64,000 nt of DNA. Origin: a candidate division WOR-3 bacterium. GTDB lineage: Bacteria > Hydrothermota > Hydrothermia > B15-G9 > WFZT01. Both the position numbers and the translations under genes were made by a program. This document shows positions 37,628 to 48,578 of the stretch, in pieces (the stretch's first letter is position 1; every line of letters starts with the position of its first letter). The stretch covers positions 32,001 to 96,000 of the forward strand of contig JALUEE010000047.1 in the NCBI GenBank assembly GCA_027053075.1. Reading direction: 5' to 3'. Under the pieces are notes generated by a model that made no database searches, was not told the DNA's origin, and saw nothing but the letters and a program-made list of their open reading frames with translations.

Positions 37628-38676
37628 ATAGAAATGAGTTTATGTGGTTTCAATAGGACCTTCTCATATTTCTCCAGGTTTTCAAGGATTTTACCTGCAC
37701 CCAGTGCAACGCAATCCAGTGGATTGTCCACTGTTTTAACGTAGAGGTTGGTCTCCTCCCTGATCAGCTCATCAAGCCCCTTGATAAGTGAGCCACCACC
37801 TGTCAGGTAGATTCCGCGATCAATAATATCCGAAACCAATTCTGGTGGCGTTTTCTCAAGTGCATTTTTAACCGCATCTACAATCTGGTTCACCGGGCTC
37901 TTTAAGGCCTCTCTAATCTCGGCTGATGAAATTTCGATAGTTTTCGGATTTCCTGAAACAAGATCGCGTCCCTTGACCTCCATTTTGGTCTCCTCGATCA
38001 GTGGGAAAACGTTTCCTATCTCTTTTTTCACATTTTCTGCCGTTTGTTCACCAATGATGACACGGTACTTTTCACGGACATAGTTGATAATCGCCTCATC
38101 CATCTCATCACCAGCGATACGGATGGATGTGTTTGTAACTATTCCAGAAAGGGCGATCACAGCGATTTCCGTGGTCCCCCCGCCAATGTCCACAATCATA
38201 TTACCTGTGGGCTCATCAATGGGTAGCCCGATTCCCACGGCCGCTGCAACAGGCTCGGACACGAGAAGCACCTCTCTTGCCCCCGCATTTTCAGCAGAAT
38301 CTTTAACTGCGCGACGCTCCACCTCTGTAATTCCAGATGGGACAGCAATCAAAACCTTGGGCCTGATAATAAGGTTTTTCTTAAGCACCCTTGTTAGCAT
38401 GCTATAGAGCATTTCCTGAACAAGTTCGAAGTCCGCAATTACCCCGTCCTTCATGGGTCTTTTGGCAAGGATGTTGCCAGGGGTCTTTCCAAGCATCCTT
38501 TTTGCCTCTTCTCCAATAGCAAGCGCCTTTCCTGTAGTCTTATCCACAGCAACGACTGAAGGCTCCCTTAAAACTATTCCTCTGCCTTTAACGTAAATCA
38601 GGGTGTGCGCGGTCCCGAGGTCAACGGCCACCTCACTCCCCCAGCCTTTGAAAATCTTTGAAAACAGTCCGCTCAT
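37624..38676 (-). CDS. mreB: Actin-like MreB
   Basis: DLGTA, EPSVVA, DIGGGTTE, LTGGG. Confidence 0.98.
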   Translation of the reverse strand: MSGLFSKIFKGWGSEVAVDLGTAHTLIYVKGRGIVLREPSVVAVDKTTGKALAIGEEAKRMLGKTPGNILAKRPMKDGVIADFELVQEMLYSMLTRVLKKNLIIRPKVLIAVPSGITEVERRAVKDSAENAGAREVLLVSEPVAAAVGIGLPIDEPTGNMIVDIGGGTTEIAVIALSGIVTNTSIRIAGDEMDEAIINYVREKYRVIIGEQTAENVKKEIGNVFPLIEETKMEVKGRDLVSGNPKTIEISSAEIREALKSPVNQIVDAVKNALEKTPPELVSDIIDRGIYLTGGGSLIKGLDELIREETNLYVKTVDNPLDCVALGAGKILENLEKYEKVLLKPHKLISI

Positions 38677-41210
38677 TTCTTTAGCTCCTCTTTGAGTTTG
38701 TAAATTAATTCTAAAGCTTCACGGGGTGAAAGCGTATCCGGGTCCACCCCTTTCAATATCTCCACTATTCTTGATTCCTTCTCACTCTCCTCACGCTTGA
38801 AGATATCAAGCTGAAGGGTCTCTTCGCGTGCCTTTACTTTAAGGGATTTTCTTCCCTTTTCAAGGTCTTTTAGAATCTCCTTTGCACGCCTGATCACAGG
38901 CCCCGGAATCCCAGCCAGCTTCGCCACATGAATTCCATAACTTCTATCGGATTCACCAGGAATAAGCTTCCTCAAGAAGATTATCTCGTCGCCCCATTCT
39001 TTTACAGCAATGGTAAAGTTTCTCACACCTTTGAGTTTTCTCCCCAGAATGGAAAGTTCGTGATAATGTGTGGCAAAAAGTGTTTTCGCACCCACAAAAT
39101 CTGCGATGTATTCAACAACTGCCCACGCTATTGCGAGTCCATCGAATGTGGATGTGCCGCGGCCCACCTCGTCAAGAATAATGAGACTCCTGTTTGTGGC
39201 ATTATGGAGTATCTGGGCTGTTTCTATCATCTCGGCCATGAATGTGGAAATTCCGCGCGCAAGGTCGTCAGAGGCCCCAATTCGGGAGAAAACCCTGTCC
39301 ACAAGCCCAATCTTTGCACTCGCAGCCGGGACAAATGACCCGATGTGTGCCATTATCGTGATAATCGCCACCTGCCTCAGGTAGGTTGATTTTCCGGACA
39401 TATTGGGTCCAGTGATGATAAAAACCCGGTTTTCGGAGAGGTCCATAAATGTGTCATTCGGGACAAATGTCTCGCCCTTAAGCCCCACTTCCACTATGGG
39501 ATGCCTTCCATCCTTAATCTCAATTCTGCCATCTTCTTTTATTTCTGGCATAACATAACGTCTCTTAATGGCCACGTCTGCAAGCGATGTTATGAGGTCA
39601 ATTTCCGCAATTTTTTCTGCAATTCTCTTTATCTCAAAGGATTTCTCAAGCACTCGCTGGCGAAGCTGTTTCACGATCTCATTTTCCAGTCTGATCGACC
39701 GCTCCTCTGCTCCGAGAATCTTATCCTCTAATTCCTTCAACTCCTCGGTTATAAACCTCTCTGCATTGGTGAGTGTCTGCTTTCTGATGTAATCCTGCGG
39801 TACAAGATGGAGATTGGATTTAGTGACCTCGATGTAGTAACCAAAAACTGAATTATAGCCAATCCTCAGGTTCTGAATACCGGTTCGCGCCCTCTCGCGT
39901 CGTTCGAGCTCAAGGAGTTTATCCTTACCGTGCCTGCTTATGTCTCTTAATTCATCGAGTTCGGGATTCACCCCATCCCTCACAACCCCGCCGAGATTGA
40001 AATTCACCGGTGGATCGTCAACAATGGTCCTGAGTATTTCCCTGTCGATTCCCTCAATATCCGGAAATGTGACAAGTTCTTTCCATTCTTCATATTCACC
40101 AAGAAGGGCCTCAAGCTGTGGCACAAAGGATAAAGATTTTGCAAAGCGAACGAGCTCGCGTGGATTTGTCTTGTTGGCCGAAATCCGCCCAAGTTGCCTT
40201 TCAATATCAGAAATGTCTGATAAAACCTCCTGGATTTTCTTAAGGAGCGACTGATTTTGAACAAGATGATTAACGCGAGTGAGTCTTACTAAAATATCTC
40301 CTTTGGAGAGGAATGGAGATAGAAGAGACTCTTTTAATCTCCTTGAGCCCATGGGGGTTTTGCAGTGGTCAAGAACCTCAAACAGGGTCAATCCTTCAGT
40401 ATCCGGCCTGATCTTTTCAACAATCTCGAGGTTTTTAATGGTCTGGGGGTCGATGTACATGAAGTTTGAAAGCCTGAGTTTTTTAATTCCCCTGATGTGC
40501 TCAAGCATCCCGGGTTTCTTCTCGCGCAGGTATGAAACAAGAGCCCCGGCAGCCCTCACTGCAAACTCTGAATCCTCAAGCTCAAATGCATCCAGCCTCG
40601 AGGTATTGAAAAAGGACTTAATTTCATCACGTGCTTTGAAAAGGTCAAACTCATATGGGTCTCGCGATGTCAGATTCTCAAGTGGCAGTTCCATTTCTTC
40701 CTCTACCAGTACCTCAGTTGCACCAATTCTTTCAAGCTCTGTAAGCGCACGCTCAAGGTTATCTTCAAAAACGAAAAAATCGCCTGTCGTGATGTCACAG
40801 TAAGCGACTCCAGCCCTCTCTTTATCCGTGTAAAGTGCAGCAATGTAGTTGTGTGATTTATCCTCAAGAAGTGTAGGTGAGAATACGGTGCCCGGAGTTA
40901 TTATCTCGACCACTTTACGTTCCATTAATCCAGAGTTGTTCTCTCCAACCTGCTCGCATATAGCTACTTTATAGCCTTTTTGAAGGAGTTTAGAAATATA
41001 TCCATCGGCTGCTTTTGCCGGGATACCTGCAAGGGGAACCCTTATACCCTTTCCCATGGGCTTGGAGGTGAGAGCAATACCAAGAATCTTTGAGGCTATC
41101 TTTGCATCTTCGTAGAAAAATTCGTAGAAATCGCCCATTCTAAAGAGCAAAAGCTCGTCCTTATGCTCTGCCTTTATCTTCTTGTACTGATTTAAAATGG
41201 GTGTTGACAT
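38673..41210 (-). CDS. mutS: DNA mismatch repair protein MutS
   Basis: MSTP..QY, GDFYEFF, GPNMSGKS, DEVGRGTS, ATHYHEL. Confidence 0.97.
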   Translation of the reverse strand: MSTPILNQYKKIKAEHKDELLLFRMGDFYEFFYEDAKIASKILGIALTSKPMGKGIRVPLAGIPAKAADGYISKLLQKGYKVAICEQVGENNSGLMERKVVEIITPGTVFSPTLLEDKSHNYIAALYTDKERAGVAYCDITTGDFFVFEDNLERALTELERIGATEVLVEEEMELPLENLTSRDPYEFDLFKARDEIKSFFNTSRLDAFELEDSEFAVRAAGALVSYLREKKPGMLEHIRGIKKLRLSNFMYIDPQTIKNLEIVEKIRPDTEGLTLFEVLDHCKTPMGSRRLKESLLSPFLSKGDILVRLTRVNHLVQNQSLLKKIQEVLSDISDIERQLGRISANKTNPRELVRFAKSLSFVPQLEALLGEYEEWKELVTFPDIEGIDREILRTIVDDPPVNFNLGGVVRDGVNPELDELRDISRHGKDKLLELERRERARTGIQNLRIGYNSVFGYYIEVTKSNLHLVPQDYIRKQTLTNAERFITEELKELEDKILGAEERSIRLENEIVKQLRQRVLEKSFEIKRIAEKIAEIDLITSLADVAIKRRYVMPEIKEDGRIEIKDGRHPIVEVGLKGETFVPNDTFMDLSENRVFIITGPNMSGKSTYLRQVAIITIMAHIGSFVPAASAKIGLVDRVFSRIGASDDLARGISTFMAEMIETAQILHNATNRSLIILDEVGRGTSTFDGLAIAWAVVEYIADFVGAKTLFATHYHELSILGRKLKGVRNFTIAVKEWGDEIIFLRKLIPGESDRSYGIHVAKLAGIPGPVIRRAKEILKDLEKGRKSLKVKAREETLQLDIFKREESEKESRIVEILKGVDPDTLSPREALELIYKLKEELKK

Positions 41211-41215
41211 GCGGG

Positions 41216-41731
41216 CTATATTCTCACAACCCTTCGAATTAAGTGTCGGTAGATTAAGTATATACCCAAAATTATCCAAATGTAACCCAAAATCCTGACA
41301 CCGAGAAGGACTTTAGGATTTAAATTATCTGTCAGGACAAGAACAAATGTATTTGGTGAGACCTTAAAACGCTCAACCACTTTTTTGTATCGGGGAATTC
41401 TTTTAAGGTAGGTATAATACCCCTCGTAATCATCGGCCCACCCAAGATTTCCGGACGGTATACTGTTATTAATGTCTGCTATTAAAAGGTTGTCGAATTC
41501 ATCCGTTCTATAAAATGTAAGTTTAAAAACAAACAGTATCCTGTAGGAAATCGAGTCCCTGTCACCGGGGGTGAGATTTGCAGAAACCAGCTTCCCGACA
41601 TACTGTTCATTCGGGAAGAACATTCGAACCTCACTATCACCGTGACGAAAAACCCTGATTGCTCTGAGTGTGTAAATGCCTATGTAAATGAAAACGATAC
41701 CGAGGAGGATGTAAAGGATTCTTTTAAACAA
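41216..41731 (-). CDS. Hypothetical membrane protein (N- and C-terminal TM)
   Basis: 171-aa ORF tightly packed in the operon. Confidence 0.6.
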   Translation of the reverse strand: MFKRILYILLGIVFIYIGIYTLRAIRVFRHGDSEVRMFFPNEQYVGKLVSANLTPGDRDSISYRILFVFKLTFYRTDEFDNLLIADINNSIPSGNLGWADDYEGYYTYLKRIPRYKKVVERFKVSPNTFVLVLTDNLNPKVLLGVRILGYIWIILGIYLIYRHLIRRVVRI

Positions 41732-41734
41732 TCT

Positions 41735-42250
41735 CTATTTCTCCCTGGAGAGTGCTTCTACAACCACAAGAGGCACGTCAGCGTCAATTTGCTCACCTGG
41801 TGAGGCATTGACCTCTTTCACTACTCCGTCAAAATCTGCAGTAAACTCATTCTCCATCTTCATGGATTCCACAATAATCAATCCCTGACCCTCTTTTACC
41901 TTATCATCGGGCTTCACAAGTACCTTCACCACCTTTCCGGGCATGGGAGATGTAACAAACTGGACTCCTTCCTCTTTTTTAACAGCTCCACTGGCACTAT
42001 ATTCTTCAGTCTTTTCGCTTAGAATGTAGGCCTGGCCGTCCATCCAGACGTAAAATTTCTCCCTGTCTTTTGCAATATAAACAGTCATTTTACGGCCATC
42101 TTCGAAGAATAAAACATAAACGTGCGGCTGAACCCGCCTGTAGGTGAATTTAAGCTCTGTGCCATTCACCGAAATTTTACGAAGTTCTCCCTCTGTATCA
42201 AAAGTTACGTTAAACTCCTCCTTACCCAAAACGTAAGTGGTCTCTTTCAT
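41735..42250 (-). CDS. Biotin carboxyl carrier protein subunit
   Basis: SPMPGKV...ESMKME biotinylation motif; ATG overlaps upstream stop. Confidence 0.9.
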   Translation of the reverse strand: MKETTYVLGKEEFNVTFDTEGELRKISVNGTELKFTYRRVQPHVYVLFFEDGRKMTVYIAKDREKFYVWMDGQAYILSEKTEEYSASGAVKKEEGVQFVTSPMPGKVVKVLVKPDDKVKEGQGLIIVESMKMENEFTADFDGVVKEVNASPGEQIDADVPLVVVEALSREK

Positions 42251-43746
42251 TTCACAATCCTCCAGTTGCCCACAACGAGCCATGGATCAAAGACCTTTTC
42301 CCTTCCATCTGAGGTAATCTTAATCGAAGGAGCGGCCGTCTCCTCATTGGCCTCAATAGCAGCAAAGATCTCTGGTGGAACATCACTTTTTGGCTTCCAT
42401 CCCAGCATGTGGTCAGGAATAAATGTCGTGAATGTGTTCCCCTTGATAAATTCAGGATGCTCGAGGATATCGATAAGGTAGGGGATATTGGTTTTAATGC
42501 CCAAAATTACGTAGTTTTTGAGGGCCTCTATCATACGCCTTCTTGCCTCTTCACGATCACGCCCCCACACAATAAGCTTGGAGAGTATGGGGTCGTAATA
42601 AGGAGGCACTTCTACCCCCGAGTATATACCAGAGTCAACCCTTATTCCCGGTCCTGCTGGCTCACTGACAAAAATGATTTTACCCGGTGAAGGCATGAAA
42701 TCCTTTTCCGGGTCTTCTGCATAAATTCGGCACTCAATTGCATGTCCATGCTGTGAAAGCTCTTCCTGTTTGAATGAAAGTGGATTGCCTTCAGCAATAT
42801 TTATCTGCTCCTTCACAAGGTCTCTACATGTTACCATCTCAGTAATTGGGTGTTCCACCTGAATTCTTGTATTTACCTCAAGGAAGTAAAAATTCCCGTG
42901 CTTATCAAAAAGAAATTCTACCGTGCCGGCACTCTCGTAGCCCACGGTCTTGGCAACCCTGATGGCAGTCTCCCCCATTTCCATCCTCTTCTCCATTGTA
43001 AGGGCACCCGAGGGTGTTTCCTCAATGATCTTCTGGTGCCTCCTCTGAATGGAGCATTCTCTTTCAAAAAGGTGCACATAGTTTCCAAACTTGTCTCCAA
43101 GTATCTGGATTTCTATGTGCCTCGGATTCTCGATGTATTTCTCGATATAAACGGATTCGTCTCCAAATGCAGATTTTGCCTCCCTCTGAGCGGCACTGAT
43201 GGCAGCTTCGAGCTTATCAGGAGAATAAACGATTCTCATGCCCTTTCCACCGCCACCGGCAGCAGCTTTTATCATTACTGGATACCCTATCTTTTCGGCC
43301 TCTTTTTTGTACTCTTCCATGGAGAGCCCGGTGGCGAGCATTCCTGGAATGAGAGGGACTCCCGCATCCACAAGTTTCTGTCGGCTTTCAACCTTATTTC
43401 CAAGTAACCTGATGGTTTCAGGCTTGGGTCCGATGAAAATCAGGCCAGCATCCAGCACAGCCTGAGCAAACTCCGGATTTTCTGCAAGAAAACCGTATCC
43501 GGGATGAATGGCATCCGCCTTGTGCTTCTTTGCGGCACTTATAATTTTTTCAATGTCCAGATAGCTTTTTAAAGGTTCTGGAGGACCAATATACTCCACC
43601 TCATCAGCGTGAATCACGTGGAGGGCATCCTTATCTGCATCAGAATATACGGCTATAGAAATAATACCCAGCTCTTTTAATGCCCTGATTATCCTAACTG
43701 CAATTTCTCCCCTGTTTGCTACGAGGACTTTCTTTATTTTTGCCAT
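42247..43746 (-). CDS. Biotin carboxylase subunit (methylcrotonyl/acyl-CoA carboxylase)
   Basis: ANRGEIA, HPGYGFLAEN, GGGGKGMR, EVNTRIQVEH. Confidence 0.95.
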   Translation of the reverse strand: MAKIKKVLVANRGEIAVRIIRALKELGIISIAVYSDADKDALHVIHADEVEYIGPPEPLKSYLDIEKIISAAKKHKADAIHPGYGFLAENPEFAQAVLDAGLIFIGPKPETIRLLGNKVESRQKLVDAGVPLIPGMLATGLSMEEYKKEAEKIGYPVMIKAAAGGGGKGMRIVYSPDKLEAAISAAQREAKSAFGDESVYIEKYIENPRHIEIQILGDKFGNYVHLFERECSIQRRHQKIIEETPSGALTMEKRMEMGETAIRVAKTVGYESAGTVEFLFDKHGNFYFLEVNTRIQVEHPITEMVTCRDLVKEQINIAEGNPLSFKQEELSQHGHAIECRIYAEDPEKDFMPSPGKIIFVSEPAGPGIRVDSGIYSGVEVPPYYDPILSKLIVWGRDREEARRRMIEALKNYVILGIKTNIPYLIDILEHPEFIKGNTFTTFIPDHMLGWKPKSDVPPEIFAAIEANEETAAPSIKITSDGREKVFDPWLVVGNWRIVK

Positions 43747-44510
43747 CTGGGTCTCCTTTTTTCAAAAAATGCGTTCATTCCTTCCTGCCCCTCCTTCGAA
43801 ACCCTTATTCGGGCTATAACTTCTGATGTGTAGGGAATGGCATCTTTCAAAGACAGTTCCTGGATATTTCTGACGAGTTCCTTACAGACTCTCTGTGCAT
43901 GAGGGGAGGATTTTTTGAGCTCTGAAATAAGCTCTTCACCCCGCTGAAAAAGCTCGTTGTCTTCAACCACCTCATTTAGAAGACCGTATTTGAGAGCTTC
44001 CTCTGCCGTTACCCTTTTACCTGTGAGACAGAGTTCCTTGAGATTTCGCTCCCCCATTCTTTTTAGCAGATAAGGAGAGATGACAGCAGGAACAAGCCCG
44101 AGGGTAACTTCCGTAAGGCCAAATTTCGCCCGTTTGACGGAGATTGCAAAATCTGTGGCAGCGATAAGGCCAACTCCACCGCCAAAGGCATGTCCGTTGA
44201 CAAGAGCAATTGTGGGTGATGGAAAGGTATAAATCTCGTAAAGGAGATATCCGAGCTCAAGTGAGTCCTGGTAATTTTCCTCAAAAGAAAAGTTCTTCAT
44301 TCGTTTCATCCAGTTGAGGTCTGCACCGGCAGAGAAAGACTTTCCTTCACCTGTGAGAACAAGTACCCGGGGTGATGCTTCCCTGCCGCGGGCAAGGGCC
44401 TCGTGGAGTTCCTTTATCATGAGGTCGTTGAAGGCGTTGTGGATTTCCGGGCGGTTTAAAGTTATCCAGAGGACATCGTCTTTTATCTGGTATTTAATGG
44501 TTTCAAACAT
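43734..44510 (-). CDS. Enoyl-CoA hydratase, likely methylglutaconyl-CoA hydratase (LiuC-like)
   Basis: FSAGADL, GGGVGL, EVTLGLVPAVISPY; next to carboxylase genes. Confidence 0.85.
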   Translation of the reverse strand: MFETIKYQIKDDVLWITLNRPEIHNAFNDLMIKELHEALARGREASPRVLVLTGEGKSFSAGADLNWMKRMKNFSFEENYQDSLELGYLLYEIYTFPSPTIALVNGHAFGGGVGLIAATDFAISVKRAKFGLTEVTLGLVPAVISPYLLKRMGERNLKELCLTGKRVTAEEALKYGLLNEVVEDNELFQRGEELISELKKSSPHAQRVCKELVRNIQELSLKDAIPYTSEVIARIRVSKEGQEGMNAFFEKRRPRWQK

Positions 44511-44654
44511 CCTGCCTTATTTTAAATTCCCACCCTTTATTTTTCAACCAAGGCAGAGCATGCCTGAAAATGTTACCACGCAGAGTAAAAAACTTCCCAA
44601 AGTCAAGTGTACATGATTTTTCTACTCGGCGAAAGGATCCGCTTGAACAACAAT

Positions 44655-44815
44655 AACACTCCCTCCCTTCCTTTGGAAGGGAGGGTTGGGGTGGAATGGG
44701 AAAATAAGGTTCCAAACATTTTCAGAATTTTCGCTGTTTTAAATATGGGAAGACGTAAATCCCCATTCTCCCCTGGCCCCTCCTTCCTCAGAGGAAGGAG
44801 GGGGAAAATTCCGTA
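44655..44815. repeat. Dispersed intergenic repeat module
   Basis: CCCTCCCTTCCTTTGGAAGGGAGGG and CCCCTCCTTCCTCAGAGGAAGGAGGGG hairpins, also at about 23990, 23535, 26500. Confidence 0.65.
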
Positions 44816-45036
44816 ATTAGTCCACGACAGGGATTGTGAGTAGATACTAAGGGGGACAACGTTGTTACCAAAGTCCAGTTTTTCTCGAAACAGGCTTTCC
44901 AAGGCAGAGCATGCCATAAATTGTGCTTTCCGTCTTATGGTTTGAATAGAGTTATATTTTGGACGGAACATTTTTCGAAAGGTAAAGCTTACGTTTTATT
45001 ATTGAAGGTTTTGGGCATAAATGCTACAATATAACC

Positions 45037-47640
45037 GTGCTTATTTTCAAAATTTTAGCGTATATCTTCATCACCCAGCAGCCAGGAGCAATAGAGGGGC
45101 ACGTTTACGATGCAGTAAGCGGTCAGGGATTACCATATGCAAACGTCATAATCGAAGGCACAAAATTAGGTGCCGCCACCGATGTTAATGGATTCTACAC
45201 CATCATTAATGTTCCTCCCGGTAAATATCGGGTAAAAGCCTCCATTCTTGGCTACAAAGAAAAGACCGTTGAGGTAACACTGGGTCCTGGTGAAATCAAA
45301 AAGGTTGATTTTTATCTCCCCGAAGCTATTGTTCGGCTAAAAAAAGAGGTCGTGGTGGTTGGCAAAAAGCCTTTGATAGAGAAGGAGGTCTCATCAACCA
45401 AGACTATCATTGAAAGGAAAGACCTCGAGGCCATGACTGTGGAAAATGTGAGAGAAGTTCTACAGAAGCAGGCTGGCGTTAGTGGACTCGGCACAGACAT
45501 TCACATTCGTGGTTCACGAAGCAACGAGATGACAATGTATGTTGATGGAGTGCCCATAAAAGACCCACTATCGGGAAACGCTTTTGGCCTGTACCTTCCC
45601 ACAAGGTTTCTGAAGAGCTACGAGGTTATTTTTGGTGGTATAAGTGCCGAGTATGGAAACGTCACAGCAGGTGTCATCCGTGCTGAAATTAGAGAGGGCA
45701 CGAGCAGATTTCATTTTGGCGTATCCCACAAAAGGGACAACTTTGGATTTTTAAACTATTTTGGTTACGATGAGTATGGTTTCTACTTTGAGGGACCAGT
45801 AAGGCTTAAAAAAATCCGAAATATCAGATATTTTGCCTCTTTTAACTCCTCTTTTTCAAACACATATCTCCCCCACACCCATGATCTTTACAGCAGTGTG
45901 TATGGCACAGATAAACTTTCACCAAAGGAAGAAAATAACCTCGCCGGGGTCATAAAAGTTACCTGGAAACCGCGGGAGAATTTCAAGCTCTTTTACAATT
46001 TTACAAAGTCAGTGGAAATAAATCAGGGATATTTTTATTCTCTCGCTGATTATCCTTTTGCTCATGGATTCCCCACGAAATACATGTATTACCTTGACCA
46101 CTATCCAGTTTTCACCCGCGATGCCAATGAGTCAGTCCTCGGTGTTCACTACGTACCCAATCTGAGAAACATCATTGACATGCGTATAGCGAGATTCTTC
46201 ACCAATTTCCACCTTGACGTGCAGGGGAAAAAGTGGAACAAATACGTGGCTCTGGGTGATTTTGACCCGCCTTATGGCTATTATGACCACGGTGATGCAC
46301 CCTATTGGCATGACCACTATGCCGAATCCTATGTTCTGAGACTCGATTTTACCCGCCAGCAGACACCTGTATGGCGGATGAAAACAGGATTTTTAATGAA
46401 CTATTCCAATGTTCAGTGGATCGATATTCAGTATCCCTGGCTTGCTGGACCCTCTGGTCTGGGTTTGAACTACGATATTTACAAGGCCCACACGACAAGG
46501 GGCGGGATTTATATTCAAAACAATATCCATTTTGCGGGTATGATAGCTGCGCTGGGGATGAGGCTCGACTTCTGGGTTCCCGGTAATTACATTGAGAAAG
46601 GCGTCAAAAAGGCCCTTTCCAGAATTGATATTCATCCCACAGTCAAGGCTCAGTATGAAAGTTATCTCTCATCCATGAAACTTCCGTTCACGCATTATCA
46701 TTTTAAGGCTCATCTAAACCCGAGGATCGGAGTTTCCTTCCCTGTCACCGAGAGAACAAAATTCCACTTTTCCTACACCCATTCATCGAAGATTCCGGAT
46801 TTCAAATACGTCTATTCCAAGCTTGGAAGGAGAGCTACCTCGACTTACACCCTTGTGGGTAATCCCAATCTCAAGCCGACTGTTACGGTACAGTATGAAC
46901 TCGGACTCGAGCACCTTTTGACTGAAAGGGTAAAGTTCAGTTCTGTGGCCTATTACAAAGACATTTTCAACTACCCCACTGCTGTGCGGGTACCCGGTAT
47001 TCCACCAAATCCAGACTTCTGGATGTATCTCAACTCGGATTACGCACGTGCTTTTGGACTTGAGAATGGAGTTCGTGGAGACATCACAGACCACATCTCT
47101 GCATCTGTAACTTTGACTCTTTCACAGGCCACAGGAAAGGCCTCCACCTCTGAGGATGTCTACTGGCGTAGAGGCGAGGAAAGTCTCAAGGAGTGGCACC
47201 TTAAGTGGTCACGACCATTTAAATTATTCGCAAATATAACTTACCGGACACATCGAACTCCGGTGACTTTGTGGAGGATAAGGATTCCGAGTAACTTCAT
47301 GTTTTCTATCTCCTGGTCTCTCCAGTCAGGTGTTAGATACACACCGGTGGATAGCCTTGGAAACAGAGGTAGTTTTAATTCTAAACTTGGTCCCATGTGG
47401 AATAGAGTTGACATAAAAATTCGTAAATATTTCAGGACGCGCGCCGGCAGATTTAAAATTGAACTCGAGGGCAAGAATATCTTTAATTCGAAACTGGTTC
47501 GTTACGTAAATCCGCTAACAGGAAGAGCTTATGAGCCAGGTGATCCCATACCACGCGGGTTCAAGGAGATTGACCTCAACACACCCGCAAGGTTTATGGC
47601 ACCGAGAGAGATTAAATTGGGGGTATCTTACGAATGGTGA
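45037..47640 (+). CDS. TonB-dependent receptor with carboxypeptidase-regulatory-like N-domain
   Basis: GLPYANV..EGT..GAATD, HIRGSR, YVDG plug, GNPNLKP, C-terminal aromatic residue. Confidence 0.9.
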   Translation: MLIFKILAYIFITQQPGAIEGHVYDAVSGQGLPYANVIIEGTKLGAATDVNGFYTIINVPPGKYRVKASILGYKEKTVEVTLGPGEIKKVDFYLPEAIVRLKKEVVVVGKKPLIEKEVSSTKTIIERKDLEAMTVENVREVLQKQAGVSGLGTDIHIRGSRSNEMTMYVDGVPIKDPLSGNAFGLYLPTRFLKSYEVIFGGISAEYGNVTAGVIRAEIREGTSRFHFGVSHKRDNFGFLNYFGYDEYGFYFEGPVRLKKIRNIRYFASFNSSFSNTYLPHTHDLYSSVYGTDKLSPKEENNLAGVIKVTWKPRENFKLFYNFTKSVEINQGYFYSLADYPFAHGFPTKYMYYLDHYPVFTRDANESVLGVHYVPNLRNIIDMRIARFFTNFHLDVQGKKWNKYVALGDFDPPYGYYDHGDAPYWHDHYAESYVLRLDFTRQQTPVWRMKTGFLMNYSNVQWIDIQYPWLAGPSGLGLNYDIYKAHTTRGGIYIQNNIHFAGMIAALGMRLDFWVPGNYIEKGVKKALSRIDIHPTVKAQYESYLSSMKLPFTHYHFKAHLNPRIGVSFPVTERTKFHFSYTHSSKIPDFKYVYSKLGRRATSTYTLVGNPNLKPTVTVQYELGLEHLLTERVKFSSVAYYKDIFNYPTAVRVPGIPPNPDFWMYLNSDYARAFGLENGVRGDITDHISASVTLTLSQATGKASTSEDVYWRRGEESLKEWHLKWSRPFKLFANITYRTHRTPVTLWRIRIPSNFMFSISWSLQSGVRYTPVDSLGNRGSFNSKLGPMWNRVDIKIRKYFRTRAGRFKIELEGKNIFNSKLVRYVNPLTGRAYEPGDPIPRGFKEIDLNTPARFMAPREIKLGVSYEW

Positions 47641-48578
47641 AAAAATTGTTTTTAATCCTTATACTCGCATCTGGCCTTATGGCTGATGGTATATTTGAAA
47701 GTCTTGGGGGACAAAAAGTTGGAACGACCTCTATGGTTTTCCTGAAGATAGGAATCGGCACAAGAGCTACTGGTATGGGAGGAACCTTCGTGGGTGTGGC
47801 CGATGACCCATCCACGTTTTTCTGGAATCCAGGTGGTGTACCAAATCTTGGAAATTCCGCCTACGTTTCCTTTACGGCTTTACCCGACAACGTAAACATG
47901 ACATTTATCTCGGCCTCCAGGAATCTTGGCCTCTGGGGATACGCAGGAGTATTTTTAATTGGGCTTGATGCCGGATACATGGAGGAGACCGACGAGTACC
48001 ATCCCTTTGGGACTGGCCGGTACTTTCACTTCGGTGACTATCTTCTTGGTGTGAACTACTCTAAAAAAGTCACGGATAGATTTTCTTTTGGGATGAATGT
48101 AAAAGGTTTCATGGAGGAGTTTTATGGTCTGAAATCCTATGGATTCGCAATGGATATGGGGACTTTTTATCTGGTGGGTTACAGGGATATAAGGATTGGG
48201 GTGTCCCTTTCAAATCTCGGGCCGGATATCAAACCCGGTGGAGACGGAGAAAATTACCTGAGTTTCCCTGTCCCGATCGTGTATAGAATGGGGGTATCTG
48301 GATTGATTTTAAACAATTTGAGGGGCTCTTTTGAGCTCGACAAGCCTTCTGATAATGTTGAAACCCTGAAAATGGGAGCAGAATTTATTGTGAATAAGAA
48401 CGTCTCTCTTTACAGTGGAATGAAGCTTAATGCCCGCCAACCTCAGGGAAAGTTACCAATTGCCGGACTTTCGTTTGGCTTTGATGCACATCTTAAAATG
48501 TTTAAACTGGGCTATTCTGCCTCAGATATGGGAGTTCTTGGAGTAGTTCACAGATTTTCACTGGAAGTTCAGAAATGA
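47634..48578 (+). CDS. PorV/PorQ-family outer membrane protein
   Basis: FLKIGIGTRATGMG...FWNPGG...HRFSL. Confidence 0.82.
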   Translation: MVKKLFLILILASGLMADGIFESLGGQKVGTTSMVFLKIGIGTRATGMGGTFVGVADDPSTFFWNPGGVPNLGNSAYVSFTALPDNVNMTFISASRNLGLWGYAGVFLIGLDAGYMEETDEYHPFGTGRYFHFGDYLLGVNYSKKVTDRFSFGMNVKGFMEEFYGLKSYGFAMDMGTFYLVGYRDIRIGVSLSNLGPDIKPGGDGENYLSFPVPIVYRMGVSGLILNNLRGSFELDKPSDNVETLKMGAEFIVNKNVSLYSGMKLNARQPQGKLPIAGLSFGFDAHLKMFKLGYSASDMGVLGVVHRFSLEVQK

